The notes under the pieces were generated by a model. The model saw only the letters and a program-made list of their open reading frames with translations. It made no database searches and was not told where the DNA came from. A DNA stretch of 64,000 nucleotides from an uncultured Planctomycetota bacterium (GTDB lineage: Bacteria > Planctomycetota > Planctomycetia > Isosphaerales > Isosphaeraceae), in assembly GCA_963823665.1 (NCBI GenBank), contig CAWGMQ010000008.1, positions 416,001 to 480,000 of the forward strand, read 5' to 3'. This document shows, one piece after another, positions 1 to 10,051 of this stretch. The translations under genes and the position numbers were made by a program. Each line of letters begins with the position of its first letter. The stretch's first letter is position 1.

Positions 1-2
1 AG

Positions 3-386
3 CTAGTCGAGCAGAAGGGCATCCATGGCTTCTCGCTTCGAATCGTAGATCGGCCAAACGGTGTCGAGTGCGGTCACGCGCAGCAACTCCCGCGTGCGAT
101 CGGTGACTCCGGAGAGCGCCATCGACCCGCCCTGGGAGATCGCAAGCCGGGAGCAGCGGATCAGGAGCGCGAGGAACATCGAGCCGAAGTACTGGACACG
201 ACTCAAGTCAAAAACGATCAACGGGTTTTCCTGGCGCTTGAGCGGATTCAAGATCAGCTCGGCGACTTCTTCCGCCAGGCTGAAGTCAATGCGCTCGATC
301 GCCTCCGTTGCCGTGATCACGGTCAGGTCGCCATGGCGTTCGAATGTGAACGCATCGCCAGTAGAAGCGAAATCCTCGGTGGCCAT
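3..386 (-). CDS. STAS-domain anti-sigma factor antagonist
   Basis: 127 aa ORF with STAS pattern 'IVFDLSRVQYFGSMFL...LSGV...ELLRVTALD'. Confidence 0.85.
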   Translation of the reverse strand: MATEDFASTGDAFTFERHGDLTVITATEAIERIDFSLAEEVAELILNPLKRQENPLIVFDLSRVQYFGSMFLALLIRCSRLAISQGGSMALSGVTDRTRELLRVTALDTVWPIYDSKREAMDALLLD

Positions 387-1060
387 AACGCGGAGGCTCG
401 AATCTCTGGAGGCCGGGATAGCGTTTGCGAAACTCAGGCGACCTGGGAACGATTAATAACAGTAGACCTTTCGCCCTCGCCAGGCAAGCCCTGAGAAGGG
501 ATCATGCCGAGGGGCGGCAGTTCGAAAACGCTCGAACGACCTCGTAGAGATCATTGCTGACCAAGAGCTCGATCATCCTCGAAATCTCGCAGCCATACGT
601 AGTTGTCGCGATACGCCTGCGCGAGTAGGGGGTACAACTCGCTCAGCCTGATTGTGATTGAGGGGTTGTTCGAATCCTCATGTTCTTCCTCGGGATGGGG
701 AAAAACTCGCAGTTGCGCGGTAGCCATGGGCTATCCTCCTCCCCGCGTTCTGTTGCCGTGATAGCAGACGATCGCAACTTGATTTGTGCGATTCGGTCGA
801 ATTCCGATCCTGGACTCGGACCGATGGACCCTCAACTGGTTGAAAGACGTCAACTCCTCATCTGAGATCGAACCTGCCTAAGCATCGGACGAAACCGGCA
901 GGCAAGATCAGGGAAATCGCCGGACAATCATTTCCGCGTGCCGTCGCGTACAGTGGAACCGGAACAAACCGTTTAGAAGATGTAGCGACACGAATCGCGC
1001 GTTCTGCTAGAATCCCGCTCCGCTTCGGATCGCGAGCGAAATCACGGAGGAATTGAGAGC

Positions 1061-1858
1061 ATGGATGCTCGTTCCGATTGGAATGTTCGTGGACGATGGA
1101 CTGCGCCGCTGCTGGCGATTGTCATGCTTCCGCTCGTCGGCGGCGCTTCGCACCGGAGCGCGAACTTCGTCGTGGACGCTCCGACGAAGGAAATTGCCCA
1201 GCGCGTGGCCGAACGTGCTGAAGCATGCCGGGTTTCGGTGGCCAAAGCCTGGCTGGGCCGTGAGTTACCGGCGTGGGCGACGCCTTGTCCAGTGCATGTG
1301 GTGATCACGAGGGGCGAGGGGGGGGGCATCACGTCATTCGGATTCCATGGAGGACGAGTGACGGATCAGCGCATGACCGTCGAGGGGCGGCTGGAACGCA
1401 TCCTTGCTTCGGCGATCCCGCATGAAGTCACACATACGATTTTCGCGAGCTACTTTGGGGGCCCGATGCCGCGTTGGGCCGACGAGGGGGCATCGCTCTT
1501 GAGCGAAGACAACCGCGAGCTTCGCCGACACGACCAGATCGTCGTGGACCTACTCGGTCGCCGCGGAGAGCTTCCACTGTCTCGTTTGTTCGTGATCGAG
1601 GAATACCCCAAGGACCTGATGAGCTTCTATGGTCAGGGTTACTCGATCTCTCGATTCTTGATCGAGATGGGTGGGCGGCCCAAGTTTCTCGAGTTCGTGC
1701 GGGACGGGCTCAAAGACGGGTGGGACGCCTCAACTCGTGTTCACTACGAGCTCAGCAATGTTCGCGAGCTGGACCGCGCCTGGAAATCGTGGCATCGCGT
1801 CGCGACCGCAGACCGCGCGGAACTCGCGCGTACTGACTCGCTTGCCGCGCAGCCTTGA
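1061..1858 (+). CDS. Secreted peptidase MA-like (zincin) protein
   Basis: Signal-peptide-like N-terminus; HExxH 'PHEVTH' followed by 'WADEG'; GGAGG upstream. Confidence 0.65.
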   Translation: MDARSDWNVRGRWTAPLLAIVMLPLVGGASHRSANFVVDAPTKEIAQRVAERAEACRVSVAKAWLGRELPAWATPCPVHVVITRGEGGGITSFGFHGGRVTDQRMTVEGRLERILASAIPHEVTHTIFASYFGGPMPRWADEGASLLSEDNRELRRHDQIVVDLLGRRGELPLSRLFVIEEYPKDLMSFYGQGYSISRFLIEMGGRPKFLEFVRDGLKDGWDASTRVHYELSNVRELDRAWKSWHRVATADRAELARTDSLAAQP

Positions 1859-1941
1859 ATTGTGAGTGGTGTCGTCTCTTCCTTCGCCAGAGTGACGACC
1901 GGTGGCTGGGCGGCGGTTATCGCGTTTGTGGCGTCGTGCGA

Positions 1942-2608
1942 TCAGTCGCGTAATTCGAGCGTCGCCCATAAGCCAGGGTTATCGCCGACTGGAAAATCAC
2001 GTCCGACGCTGAAGAATTGATCTTCGCGGACAAAATCGGTGATTTGAAACGCAAACCCGAGCCGCCGATTGGTGTCGGGGTCAAAGCCGCTCAATGCCTG
2101 GCTCGACAGGAACAGTTCGAGGAGCCAGCTCGTGCGGCTGAGCTCGACCCGCACGGGGATGTCGTCGGCCCTGCCGATGGGTGCATCGGCAACTGCGCGA
2201 GATGGCACGCTGGGCGACCTGCGCGTCCAGCCGCCCGCGCGAGCTGCCGCGATCAATCCGCGCGACAAAACGATGGCAGAACTTCGTGGCGCGACTCACG
2301 TTACGTGTGTCGCGCGTGTCGACCCAGAATTGCGCAACCGCGAATCCCTCGGGCCGGCGATCGGCGAGCTGCTGCGCGGTCACTCCGTCAGCGAGGACGG
2401 CGATTCCGAGGCCGCCTGAATTCCATCCCACTCGAACCTCCGCCCACCTGGCGCCGCCATCGAGCGGCTTCAAGTCCGGCAGCGCGCAGGACGGCGGCAA
2501 CGCGAGAAGACCGGACGAGAAATTAGCGCGGGGAATTCCGTCGACGCGCATGCAGGGTGCAGCGAAACGGAACCAGAACGCTTGCGGCAAAAGAGTTTTG
2601 GCAACCAT
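1942..2608 (-). CDS. Conserved hypothetical protein, possibly DOMON/CBM9-like; frameshift near 2190
   Basis: ORF 2081..2608 (N-part) and ORF 1942..2268 (C-part) join into one coherent protein across one indel. Confidence 0.55.
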
Positions 2609-2818
2609 GCTCTATCCTCCAGTGATCGTGTGGGCCTGCTGTGGGTGGAGCTGCATCGCGAAACCTGACCTTCCCCGAGGCGACGAGGGAATTGGATCCT
2701 CCACGCGAGCACCCGTTTCCCGCGATTGAGCGGTTGCGTTACCCGCGCTGGAATTCGGCAGCACCTGCGAAATCTTGAGGTGATTTCTGCTCGGTTTTAT
2801 AGAAAGCGGGCGGGCGGC

Positions 2819-3286
2819 TCATTGAGGGAGCTTGGTTAGTAGGTTGACCATCTCGATCGCGGCCAAGGCGGCGTCGGAGCCTTTGTTGCCGCCTTTGAGA
2901 CCTTCGCGGTTGAGTGCTTGCTCGACCGTGTCGGTGGTGAGGATGCCGAAGATCACCGGGACGCCGGTTGAAAGCGACGCCTGCAGGACGCCTGAGGCGG
3001 CCTGACCGGCCACGTGGTCGAAATGGGCCGTCTCGCCGCGGATCACGCAGCCCAGGCAGATCACGGCGGCGTAACGGGCGGATGCGGCCAGTTTGCTGGC
3101 AACCAGGGGGATCTCGAAGGAGCCGGGGACCCAGACCACGTCGACGGCGTCATCGGGCACGCCGTGGCGAAGGAGCGTGTCGCGGCAGGCGGTGAGCAGC
3201 GATTCGGTTACCAATCCGTTGAATCGGCCGGCGACAATGGCGAACTTACCGGCGGGAGATGACAGGTTTCCGATGAAATCGGCCAT
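2819..3286 (-). CDS. ribH: 6,7-dimethyl-8-ribityllumazine synthase
   Basis: Motifs 'VPGSFEIP', 'LGCVIRGETAHFDHVA', 'FGILTTDTVEQA', 'NKG'; start set at MADFIG (3286) because the upstream extension reads through a repeat. Confidence 0.96.
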   Translation of the reverse strand: MADFIGNLSSPAGKFAIVAGRFNGLVTESLLTACRDTLLRHGVPDDAVDVVWVPGSFEIPLVASKLAASARYAAVICLGCVIRGETAHFDHVAGQAASGVLQASLSTGVPVIFGILTTDTVEQALNREGLKGGNKGSDAALAAIEMVNLLTKLPQ

Positions 3287-3367
3287 ATCGAGCAGGGCTC
3301 TCGGCGGGGGCACTTTTGAGTAAGTATCGCGGGGCCTTGGTTCAGACACTCTTTGGGAGGGCATGGC

Positions 3368-3503
3368 GGGAAGACACGTGGCGTCGTCCGCACTCGACCC
3401 CCCCTGGCCCCCCCTTCTAAAGGGGGGGAAAACTGGGTGGGGGGAAGACATCTGGAGTCATCCGCACTCGACCCCCCCTGGCCCCCCCTTCTGAAGGGGG
3501 GAA
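3368..3503. repeat. Two tandem copies (about 74 bp period) of a C/G-run palindromic REP-like repeat
   Basis: GGGAAGACA...TCCGCACTCGACCCCCC(C)TGGCCCCCCCTTCT(A/G)AAGGGGGG(G)AA occurs at about 3368-3430 and 3442-3503. Confidence 0.85.
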
Positions 3504-3533
3504 GCAGAGCGAGGAGTTTCTGGATCGCGATCG

Positions 3534-5519
3534 TCACGTCAGGTTCATGCTCATCAGGAACTCGGCGTTGACCTTGGTTTTGCGCATCCGGCCGGTGAGA
3601 AGCTCCATGGCCTCGACGGGGTTCATGTCGTTCAAGACCCGGCGGAGGATCCAGACGCGGCGCAGCTCTTCGGGATCCATGAGCAACTCTTCGCGACGGG
3701 TGCCCGACTTGTTCACGTCGATCGCCGGCCAGATTCGCTTGTCGACGAGCCGGCGATCGAGATGGAGCTCCATGTTGCCGGTGCCCTTGAACTCCTCGAA
3801 GATCACGTCATCCATGCGGCTGCCGGTATCGACCAGGGCCGTCGCGAGGATGGTGAGACTGCCGGCTTCCTCGATCTTGCGGGCGGCTCCGAAGAACCTC
3901 TTGGGTTTCTGTAGTGCCGAGGCGTCGATGCCGCCGGTAAGGATCTTACCGGAGTGGGGCGCTTCCGTGTTGTAAGCGCGGGCGAGGCGGGTGATTGAAT
4001 CGAGCAGGATCACAACATCCTTGCCGAACTCGACCATGCGCTTGGCCTTCTCGATGACCATCTCGGCCACCTGGATATGCCGCGACGCGGGCTCGTCGAA
4101 GGTCGAGCTGATCACCTCGGCCGTGGGGCCCTTGACGGAGCGCTCCATGTCGGTGACTTCCTCCGGCCGCTCGTCGATCAAGAGAACCATGACGTAAGCG
4201 TCGGGGTGGTTGGTCAGAATGCTGTTGGCGATCTTCTGGAGCAGGATGGTTTTGCCAGTTCGAGGTGGTGCGACGATCACGCCGCGCTGGCCGAACCCGA
4301 TGGGGGTGATCAGATCGACGACCCGCATGTTGATCTCGTCGCTGGTGGTCTCGAGCCGGATCCGGCCCTGGGGGTGCAGCGGCGTCAGATCGTCGAAGCA
4401 GACCTTCTCGCTGAGCTTGTCGGGATCTTCGAAGTTGATCGCCTCGACGCGCAAGAGTGCGAAGTAGCGCTCGTTTTCCTTGGGCGGGCGGATCTGCCCG
4501 GAGACGATGGCGCCGGTCTTGAGCCCGAACCGGCGAATCTGGCTGGGTGAGACGTAGATGTCGTCGGGGCAGGGAAGGTAATTGTAGTCGGGGCTGCGCA
4601 GGAAGCCGAAGCCGTCAGGCAAGACCTCGAGCGTGCCCTCGCCGTACATGAGGCCGTTCTGCTTGACCCGCTCTTTCAAGATCTTGAAGATCAAGTCTTG
4701 CTTCTTGAGACCCATATACTCAGCGATGCCCTCGCTCTTGGCGGTGCGGATCAACTGAGGCATCGTCATCTTCTGAAGCTCGGTGAGGTGGATCTCGCCG
4801 CGCTTGATATCTTCGTAGCGATCGTGGAGCGCGGCGTCGCCGAAGATATCTTCCTCTTCCTCGACGAAGTCAGCCGGCAAGTCGGTGTACGGCAGCGGTG
4901 GCGTGCGCTCGACGCGGGCCGGTGGAGCGTATTCGCGATCGCGGTCCCGGTCCGGGTGGCGATCTCGATCTCGATCCCGATCTCGATCGCGAGCAGGAGT
5001 TGCCAGCTCGCCACGGTCGGCCCGATCGCGGAAGTTCCCGCCGAGCTCGAGATCGCGAGGGCGCTCGCGCGGCAGCAATGGAGGCGGAGCTTCCCTCTCG
5101 CGATCTCGATCTCGATCTCGATCTCGATCTCGATCTCGATCTCGGTCGCGAGCCATCGGGATTCCATCGCGGTGAATCGGACCTGCGTCGCGCTCGGCTC
5201 GGTCGCGGGCGAGGCGATCGCGCACCGAGATTCCGGGATCGTGATCGGGGCGCTCGCGCACCGGCTCGCGATCACGCTGGCGAATGAACCGGATCGGCTC
5301 GCGATCGGCGGGTGCCTCCTCGCGATGGGGCTCGCGATCCTTTCGTTCACGCGGCGGCTCCGACGGAGCGGGTGCAGAATCAGCGGCGCCGGGATACCCC
5401 GGCACCGGAGAGCCGGCTTCCACCTGTTCGTCAGGTGCCTGCGGACCAGACGATCCGATGGTTTTTCGAATGCGCGACGGGCCTGATGATTCTCGGCGTG
5501 GGCGAGTCTCGTTGGCCAT
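3534..5519 (-). CDS. rho: Transcription termination factor Rho with long Arg/Asp-rich N-terminal extension
   Basis: 'DGFGFLRS', '[12 protein letters not shown]', Walker A 'APPRTGKT', '[12 protein letters not shown]', '[10 protein letters not shown]', 'SGTRREELL'. Confidence 0.98.
   Translation of the reverse strand: MANETRPRRESSGPSRIRKTIGSSGPQAPDEQVEAGSPVPGYPGAADSAPAPSEPPRERKDREPHREEAPADREPIRFIRQRDREPVRERPDHDPGISVRDRLARDRAERDAGPIHRDGIPMARDRDRDRDRDRDRDRDREREAPPPLLPRERPRDLELGGNFRDRADRGELATPARDRDRDRDRDRHPDRDRDREYAPPARVERTPPLPYTDLPADFVEEEEDIFGDAALHDRYEDIKRGEIHLTELQKMTMPQLIRTAKSEGIAEYMGLKKQDLIFKILKERVKQNGLMYGEGTLEVLPDGFGFLRSPDYNYLPCPDDIYVSPSQIRRFGLKTGAIVSGQIRPPKENERYFALLRVEAINFEDPDKLSEKVCFDDLTPLHPQGRIRLETTSDEINMRVVDLITPIGFGQRGVIVAPPRTGKTILLQKIANSILTNHPDAYVMVLLIDERPEEVTDMERSVKGPTAEVISSTFDEPASRHIQVAEMVIEKAKRMVEFGKDVVILLDSITRLARAYNTEAPHSGKILTGGIDASALQKPKRFFGAARKIEEAGSLTILATALVDTGSRMDDVIFEEFKGTGNMELHLDRRLVDKRIWPAIDVNKSGTRREELLMDPEELRRVWILRRVLNDMNPVEAMELLTGRMRKTKVNAEFLMSMNLT
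5101..5142. repeat. (CGATCT)x7 microsatellite encoding an RD repeat in Rho
   Basis: Read directly; a second, imperfect RD tract lies at about 4935-4990. Confidence 0.9.
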
Positions 5520-5648
5520 GGGAACCATTCTCCTGTTCAATCGAAAAGAGCGCTCTCGGAGCAGACCGCAACGGCAGCATGCTGAGTTCGAGGAAGCCGC
5601 GGTCGATTTCAGTCTTCTACGATCATCACCGTGTCTAGTAAGAAGTGT

Positions 5649-6452
5649 TCACGAAACAGGGCAGGGATCATGCCAGGCGTCGGAGCCCGTTCCATCCTTG
5701 CAGTGGCGGCCGCTTGGCCGCGATCCGGTGAGCGATTGCGAGGGGGCCCATGCCGCGGAATCGGGCAGGGCCTGCCCGGCGAGTGTTGCGAGAATCCGTT
5801 CGACCTCGCGGTGAAGCGAGGGGAGCGGGACGCTCGAGGAGATCACGAAGTCAGATTGAAGCTGCTTGCGCTCGCAGGGCCACTGTGCGCTCTCGCGGGC
5901 TGTGAAATTCTGATCAGACCATCCGCGATTCTGGGTGGCGCGGCGAAGCCGTTCGGCTCGGGGCGCGTCGACGAACACGACCGAGTCGCACAGATCATCC
6001 CAGCCGGCCTCGCGCAAGATTGCGGCATCGAGCACGACCGGTCGGCCCGAAGCGCGGCCGGATCCCAGCTTTTTCTCGAACTCCTCGAGGAACCGAGCCC
6101 GCATGAGAGGGTGAACAATCGCCTCCAAGGCTTGCCGAGCTTCGGGGTCTGCGAAAACGATCGCCGCCAGCACTTTGCGATCAACCCTGGGCTCGCCTGA
6201 ATCGGAAGGCCCGTGGCCGACGACGACAGCGGGGCCGAAACGGCCGGCAAGCCGCTCTTTCACGAGCGGAAGCTCGAGCACTGCATGGCCGACCGAGTCG
6301 GCATCGATCACGGCGCACCCGCATTCGGCGAACAGACTCGCCACCGAGCTCTTGCCGCTGGCAACGCCGCCTGTAAGGCCGATCACGGGGGCGGTTCCGT
6401 GTTTCCAGCGTCTCGCCGCGCGCGGCTGGTAAGATCGCTCGCCTGGAGTCAT
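5649..6452 (-). CDS. coaE: Dephospho-CoA kinase (start uncertain)
   Basis: 'VIGLTGGVASGKS', 'VIDAD', 'LEAIVHP'; polA-coaE order. Confidence 0.92.
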   Translation of the reverse strand: MTPGERSYQPRAARRWKHGTAPVIGLTGGVASGKSSVASLFAECGCAVIDADSVGHAVLELPLVKERLAGRFGPAVVVGHGPSDSGEPRVDRKVLAAIVFADPEARQALEAIVHPLMRARFLEEFEKKLGSGRASGRPVVLDAAILREAGWDDLCDSVVFVDAPRAERLRRATQNRGWSDQNFTARESAQWPCERKQLQSDFVISSSVPLPSLHREVERILATLAGQALPDSAAWAPSQSLTGSRPSGRHCKDGTGSDAWHDPCPVS

Positions 6453-6957
6453 CAAGGAGGTGCTCCTTAGCACCGAGGGCAGATCGATATCGGGCATAGC
6501 CGAGGACAGTCCGCTCGCCTCGACCCGCGGCTCTTCATCCCCTGACCCAACGGGACGAAACCGCATTTGACTACGAAAACATGATCACCGGTTCGGCCGC
6601 CAGATCAACCAGCCAACGACGAGACGGTGCAGACTCTGAAACTGGATGACGGTGCCGGCGGCACGAAAAATGATTCACGCGACGCGGTAGCTTCGATTAA
6701 ACCAGGTGGGTTTCCTGAGGGTGTTGCCGCCTTCGTTACTCGTCCAGGGCTCACGTCTAGCAACAGTGGCCGTGGGGAAGGAAGAAAGGCGAAAGGACGG
6801 GCCTGACCATCTTGAAGTCGATCAGATGAGGTTCATTATTCACTTTATACGACATCCCTAGGACTGCTGCAAGGGTCTCCCGGCGATTCAACAAAAATCC
6901 ACGAGACGTTCGCGCCACGACTCCTTCAATCATTTCGACCGCGGGCATCGCTTTATT

Positions 6958-9696
6958 TTATTCGACTCGGTTTTCCGAAGGAATCGATGCCACGTCGAGC
7001 CAGTTCGGCCCTGCGGCAATGTCGACGGCCAGGGGCACGTTCAGTTCGAGCGCGGTCGTCATCGTCTGCCGCACCAGTGCGGCCAGCCGTGGAATCTCCG
7101 GCTCGGGCGCCTCGAAGACAAGCTCGTCGTGGATCTGAAGGAGCATCCGCGCCTGGAAGTTTTGCCGAACCAGGTGATCGTCCAGGAGGATCATGGCGCG
7201 TTTGATCAAGTCAGCCGCCGAGCCTTGAATGACTGTATTGATCGCCGTGCGCTCGGCGAGGTTGCGGGTGCGGCCCGTCGTCGACTTGATCCCGATGATC
7301 GGCCGGCGCCGACCGAGGATTGTTTCCACTCTGCCTGCGGCCAGGGCCGTATCCAGCGTTCGTGTTATGAAGCGATCGACGCCCGAGTACTCCTGGAAGT
7401 AGGCTTCGATGAACGTGGCCGCCTCGGCCTGGGTGATACCCAAGCGGCTCGAGAGTCCGAAGGCGGAAAGCCCGTAGACGACGCCAAAATTCACGGTCTT
7501 GGCGACGCGGCGCTGCGCCTCGCTTACTTCGCTCTCAGGTACGCCGAAGATCCTGGCTGCCACCGCGCAGTGCACGTCGCGGTCTTGCTCGAAGGCCCGG
7601 CAAAGGGCGGGATCAGCGGAGTAGTGAGCCAGGATGCGGAGCTCGACCTGGGAGTAGTCGGCCGCGAGCAGGAGCCATCCGGGCCGGTCGGCGATGAACG
7701 CCTGGCGGATCTGGCGGCCTTCCTCGGTGCGCACGGGAATGTTCTGGAGATTCGGGTCGCTCGAGCTCAAGCGGCCGGTCGCCGCGACGCTTTGATTGAA
7801 TGACGCATGGATCCGCCCGTCCTCAGGGTGCACGAGCTCGGGGAGAGCGTCCAGATATGTGCTCTTGAGCTTGGAAAGCTGGCGATGCTGGATCAGGAGG
7901 GCGGGGAAGGGGTGCTTGGCCGCGAGCTCCTCGAGCACCTCCTGCGCCGTGCTCTGCTCGCCGCCCGGGGTTTTCTGGAGTGACGGCAGCTTGAGCTCGT
8001 CGAAGAGCACCTGGCGGAGCTGGGGCCCCGAGTTGATGTTGAAGGTATGGCCGGCCATGGAATAGATCTGGGTTTCGATCGTGTCGATTCGACCGGCAAA
8101 TTCGCGGGAGAGCTGCTTGAGCCGCGCCGAGTCAACGGCGATGCCGGCCCGCTCCATCCGCGCCAGCACCGTGATCAGCGGGCGCTCGAGCTCGGCGTAG
8201 AGGGTCCAGAGCCCTTCGCTCTGGACCTTGGCGGAAAGAATCTCTTCGATGCGCAGGGTCGCATCGGCATCTTCGCCGGCGTATTCGGTGACCTGCTCGA
8301 TGCTCACCTGGTCCATGCGCAACTGGTTCTTGCCCTTGCCGATCAAGTCGGAGATCGGAATCATGTCGTGCTCGAGCAGGCGCTTGGAGAGCTGGTCGAG
8401 GTTGTGGTTGCGCTCGCCGCTTTCCAGGAGATAGCTCAAGACCATCGTGTCGGTGAACGGTCCGGCCAGATCGAGGCCGGCGCGGCCCAAGGCGAGGAGG
8501 TCGTACTTGATATTCTGGCCGATCTTCTCGATCGCAGGGTCGGTCAAGATCGGGCGCAGGGCTTCCAGAGCGGCTCGCTCATCGAGCAGCACGGCGCCCA
8601 TCGGCCCACGGACGGGCAAGTAATAAGCCTCACCGGGCTTCCACGAGAACGACAGCCCGACCAATCGGGCGCGAAGGGGGTCGATCGCCGTGGTTTCGGT
8701 GTCGACGCAGAACCGGGGCTGTGCGCGGAGCTCGTCCAGGAATTTCGCGAAGCTCTCGGGGGAATCGACGGTGTGGTACCGTGCCTCCCAGGGCTTCTCG
8801 GCGGCGGGGGAGGGGGGCTCGCCCTTTCCGAGCTCATCGCGAAAGCGGTGGAACCCGCATTGATCGCAGAGTGCTTTCAATGCGGCGATGTCGGGACCGG
8901 CGGTCTTGAGCGCCTCCCAATCGAGCGAGATCGGGATATCGTCTTTGAGGGCCACGAGCCGCCGGGCGCGGAGGGCCGTCTCCTTGTGTTCGCGCAGGGC
9001 CTGCTGCTTCTTGGGGCCCTTGACCTTTCCCGGGTTGGCGAGCAGGTTGTCGAGGGTGCCGAATTCCTTGAGGAACGTGCTGGCGAAGCCCGGGCCGATG
9101 CCGGGCACGCCGGGGACGTTGTCGACGGAGTCACCGACCAAGGCGAGGTAATCGACGACCTGGTCGGGGCGAATGCCCCAATCGGCTTCGAGGGCGGCGG
9201 CATCCATCACGGTGTTCTTGCGGATGTTAAAGATTCGGATGTGGTCGCCGATCAACTGGCGGGCGTCCTTGTCGGCGGTGACGATGAAGACGTCCAGTCC
9301 GCGCTCCTCGCCACGGCGGGCGAGGGTGGCGATCACGTCGTCGGCCTCCATCATGGGCTCCATGAAGACCGGCATGCGGAAGCCTTCGAAGAGGGTGCGA
9401 ATCACGGGGATCTGGGGAACCAGGTCGACGGGCATCTCCTTGCGCGTCGCCTTGTATTCGGCAAAGATGTCCGAACGAAACACCGGGCCAGGCCCGTCGA
9501 AGGCGACCGCGATAAAATCAGGCTGCTTGTCTCGGAGCAGGTTGAGCATGTCGCGGAAGATGCCGAAGACGGCCTCGGTGGGCTGGCCGGCCGGACCGGT
9601 CATCACGCTGCTCTCGCGCGGGCCGCGGATCGCATGGAAGACCTGAAATATCAGTGAGAAAGCGTCGAGGATGTAGAATGTAGGGCGTGTGGACAT
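6958..9696 (-). CDS. polA: DNA polymerase I
   Basis: 5'-exonuclease 'EADDVIATLA', 'GDSVDNVPGVPGIG'; 3'-exonuclease 'DTET'; polymerase motifs 'TGRLSSSDPNLQNIP', 'DYSQVELR', 'KTVNFGVVYG', 'QIHDEL'. Confidence 0.98.
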   Translation of the reverse strand: MSTRPTFYILDAFSLIFQVFHAIRGPRESSVMTGPAGQPTEAVFGIFRDMLNLLRDKQPDFIAVAFDGPGPVFRSDIFAEYKATRKEMPVDLVPQIPVIRTLFEGFRMPVFMEPMMEADDVIATLARRGEERGLDVFIVTADKDARQLIGDHIRIFNIRKNTVMDAAALEADWGIRPDQVVDYLALVGDSVDNVPGVPGIGPGFASTFLKEFGTLDNLLANPGKVKGPKKQQALREHKETALRARRLVALKDDIPISLDWEALKTAGPDIAALKALCDQCGFHRFRDELGKGEPPSPAAEKPWEARYHTVDSPESFAKFLDELRAQPRFCVDTETTAIDPLRARLVGLSFSWKPGEAYYLPVRGPMGAVLLDERAALEALRPILTDPAIEKIGQNIKYDLLALGRAGLDLAGPFTDTMVLSYLLESGERNHNLDQLSKRLLEHDMIPISDLIGKGKNQLRMDQVSIEQVTEYAGEDADATLRIEEILSAKVQSEGLWTLYAELERPLITVLARMERAGIAVDSARLKQLSREFAGRIDTIETQIYSMAGHTFNINSGPQLRQVLFDELKLPSLQKTPGGEQSTAQEVLEELAAKHPFPALLIQHRQLSKLKSTYLDALPELVHPEDGRIHASFNQSVAATGRLSSSDPNLQNIPVRTEEGRQIRQAFIADRPGWLLLAADYSQVELRILAHYSADPALCRAFEQDRDVHCAVAARIFGVPESEVSEAQRRVAKTVNFGVVYGLSAFGLSSRLGITQAEAATFIEAYFQEYSGVDRFITRTLDTALAAGRVETILGRRRPIIGIKSTTGRTRNLAERTAINTVIQGSAADLIKRAMILLDDHLVRQNFQARMLLQIHDELVFEAPEPEIPRLAALVRQTMTTALELNVPLAVDIAAGPNWLDVASIPSENRVE

Positions 9697-10051
9697 CGGG
9701 CTGTGTTTCATTTTCGAGGGAACTTTGACGCGCCTGGGAACATCCAACGTAGGGAGTGCGCGCTCGGGGCTGCAAGGCTGCAGCGAACGCCGGGATGACT
9801 CCCCGCCGCGGCCGCGAAGACGGCGGGAGGCAGATTTTCACGGACGGTGACTGCCTGTTTGACCGGCATCTTGACGGTTCTTACAATAAGTTGAATCAGA
9901 CGGATTCTACGGATGACGCGCCCCGCGACGAATAGCTTGACGGGGATTTCGGTGGATGGTTCCGTCGTTTCCTCTCGCGTGTGACATAGTATCAGCAAAC
10001 CGGCGGATTGTATGAGCAGGTCGCGACCCGACTGCTCGGGGGGTACCATTC

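Noticed and set aside
390..1060. ncRNA in the long intergenic regions (also 6570-6950)
   Set aside because: No recognisable RNA family or convincing multi-stem structure by eye; an Rfam scan would be needed
3287..3533. FMN riboswitch or N-terminal extension of ribH
   Set aside because: No FMN consensus; the region is occupied by the tandem REP-like repeats
8047..9657. Long antisense ORFs opposite polA, and similar ones opposite glgX, the kinases and the helicase
   Set aside because: Shadow ORFs expected from high-GC codon bias; no recognisable motifs
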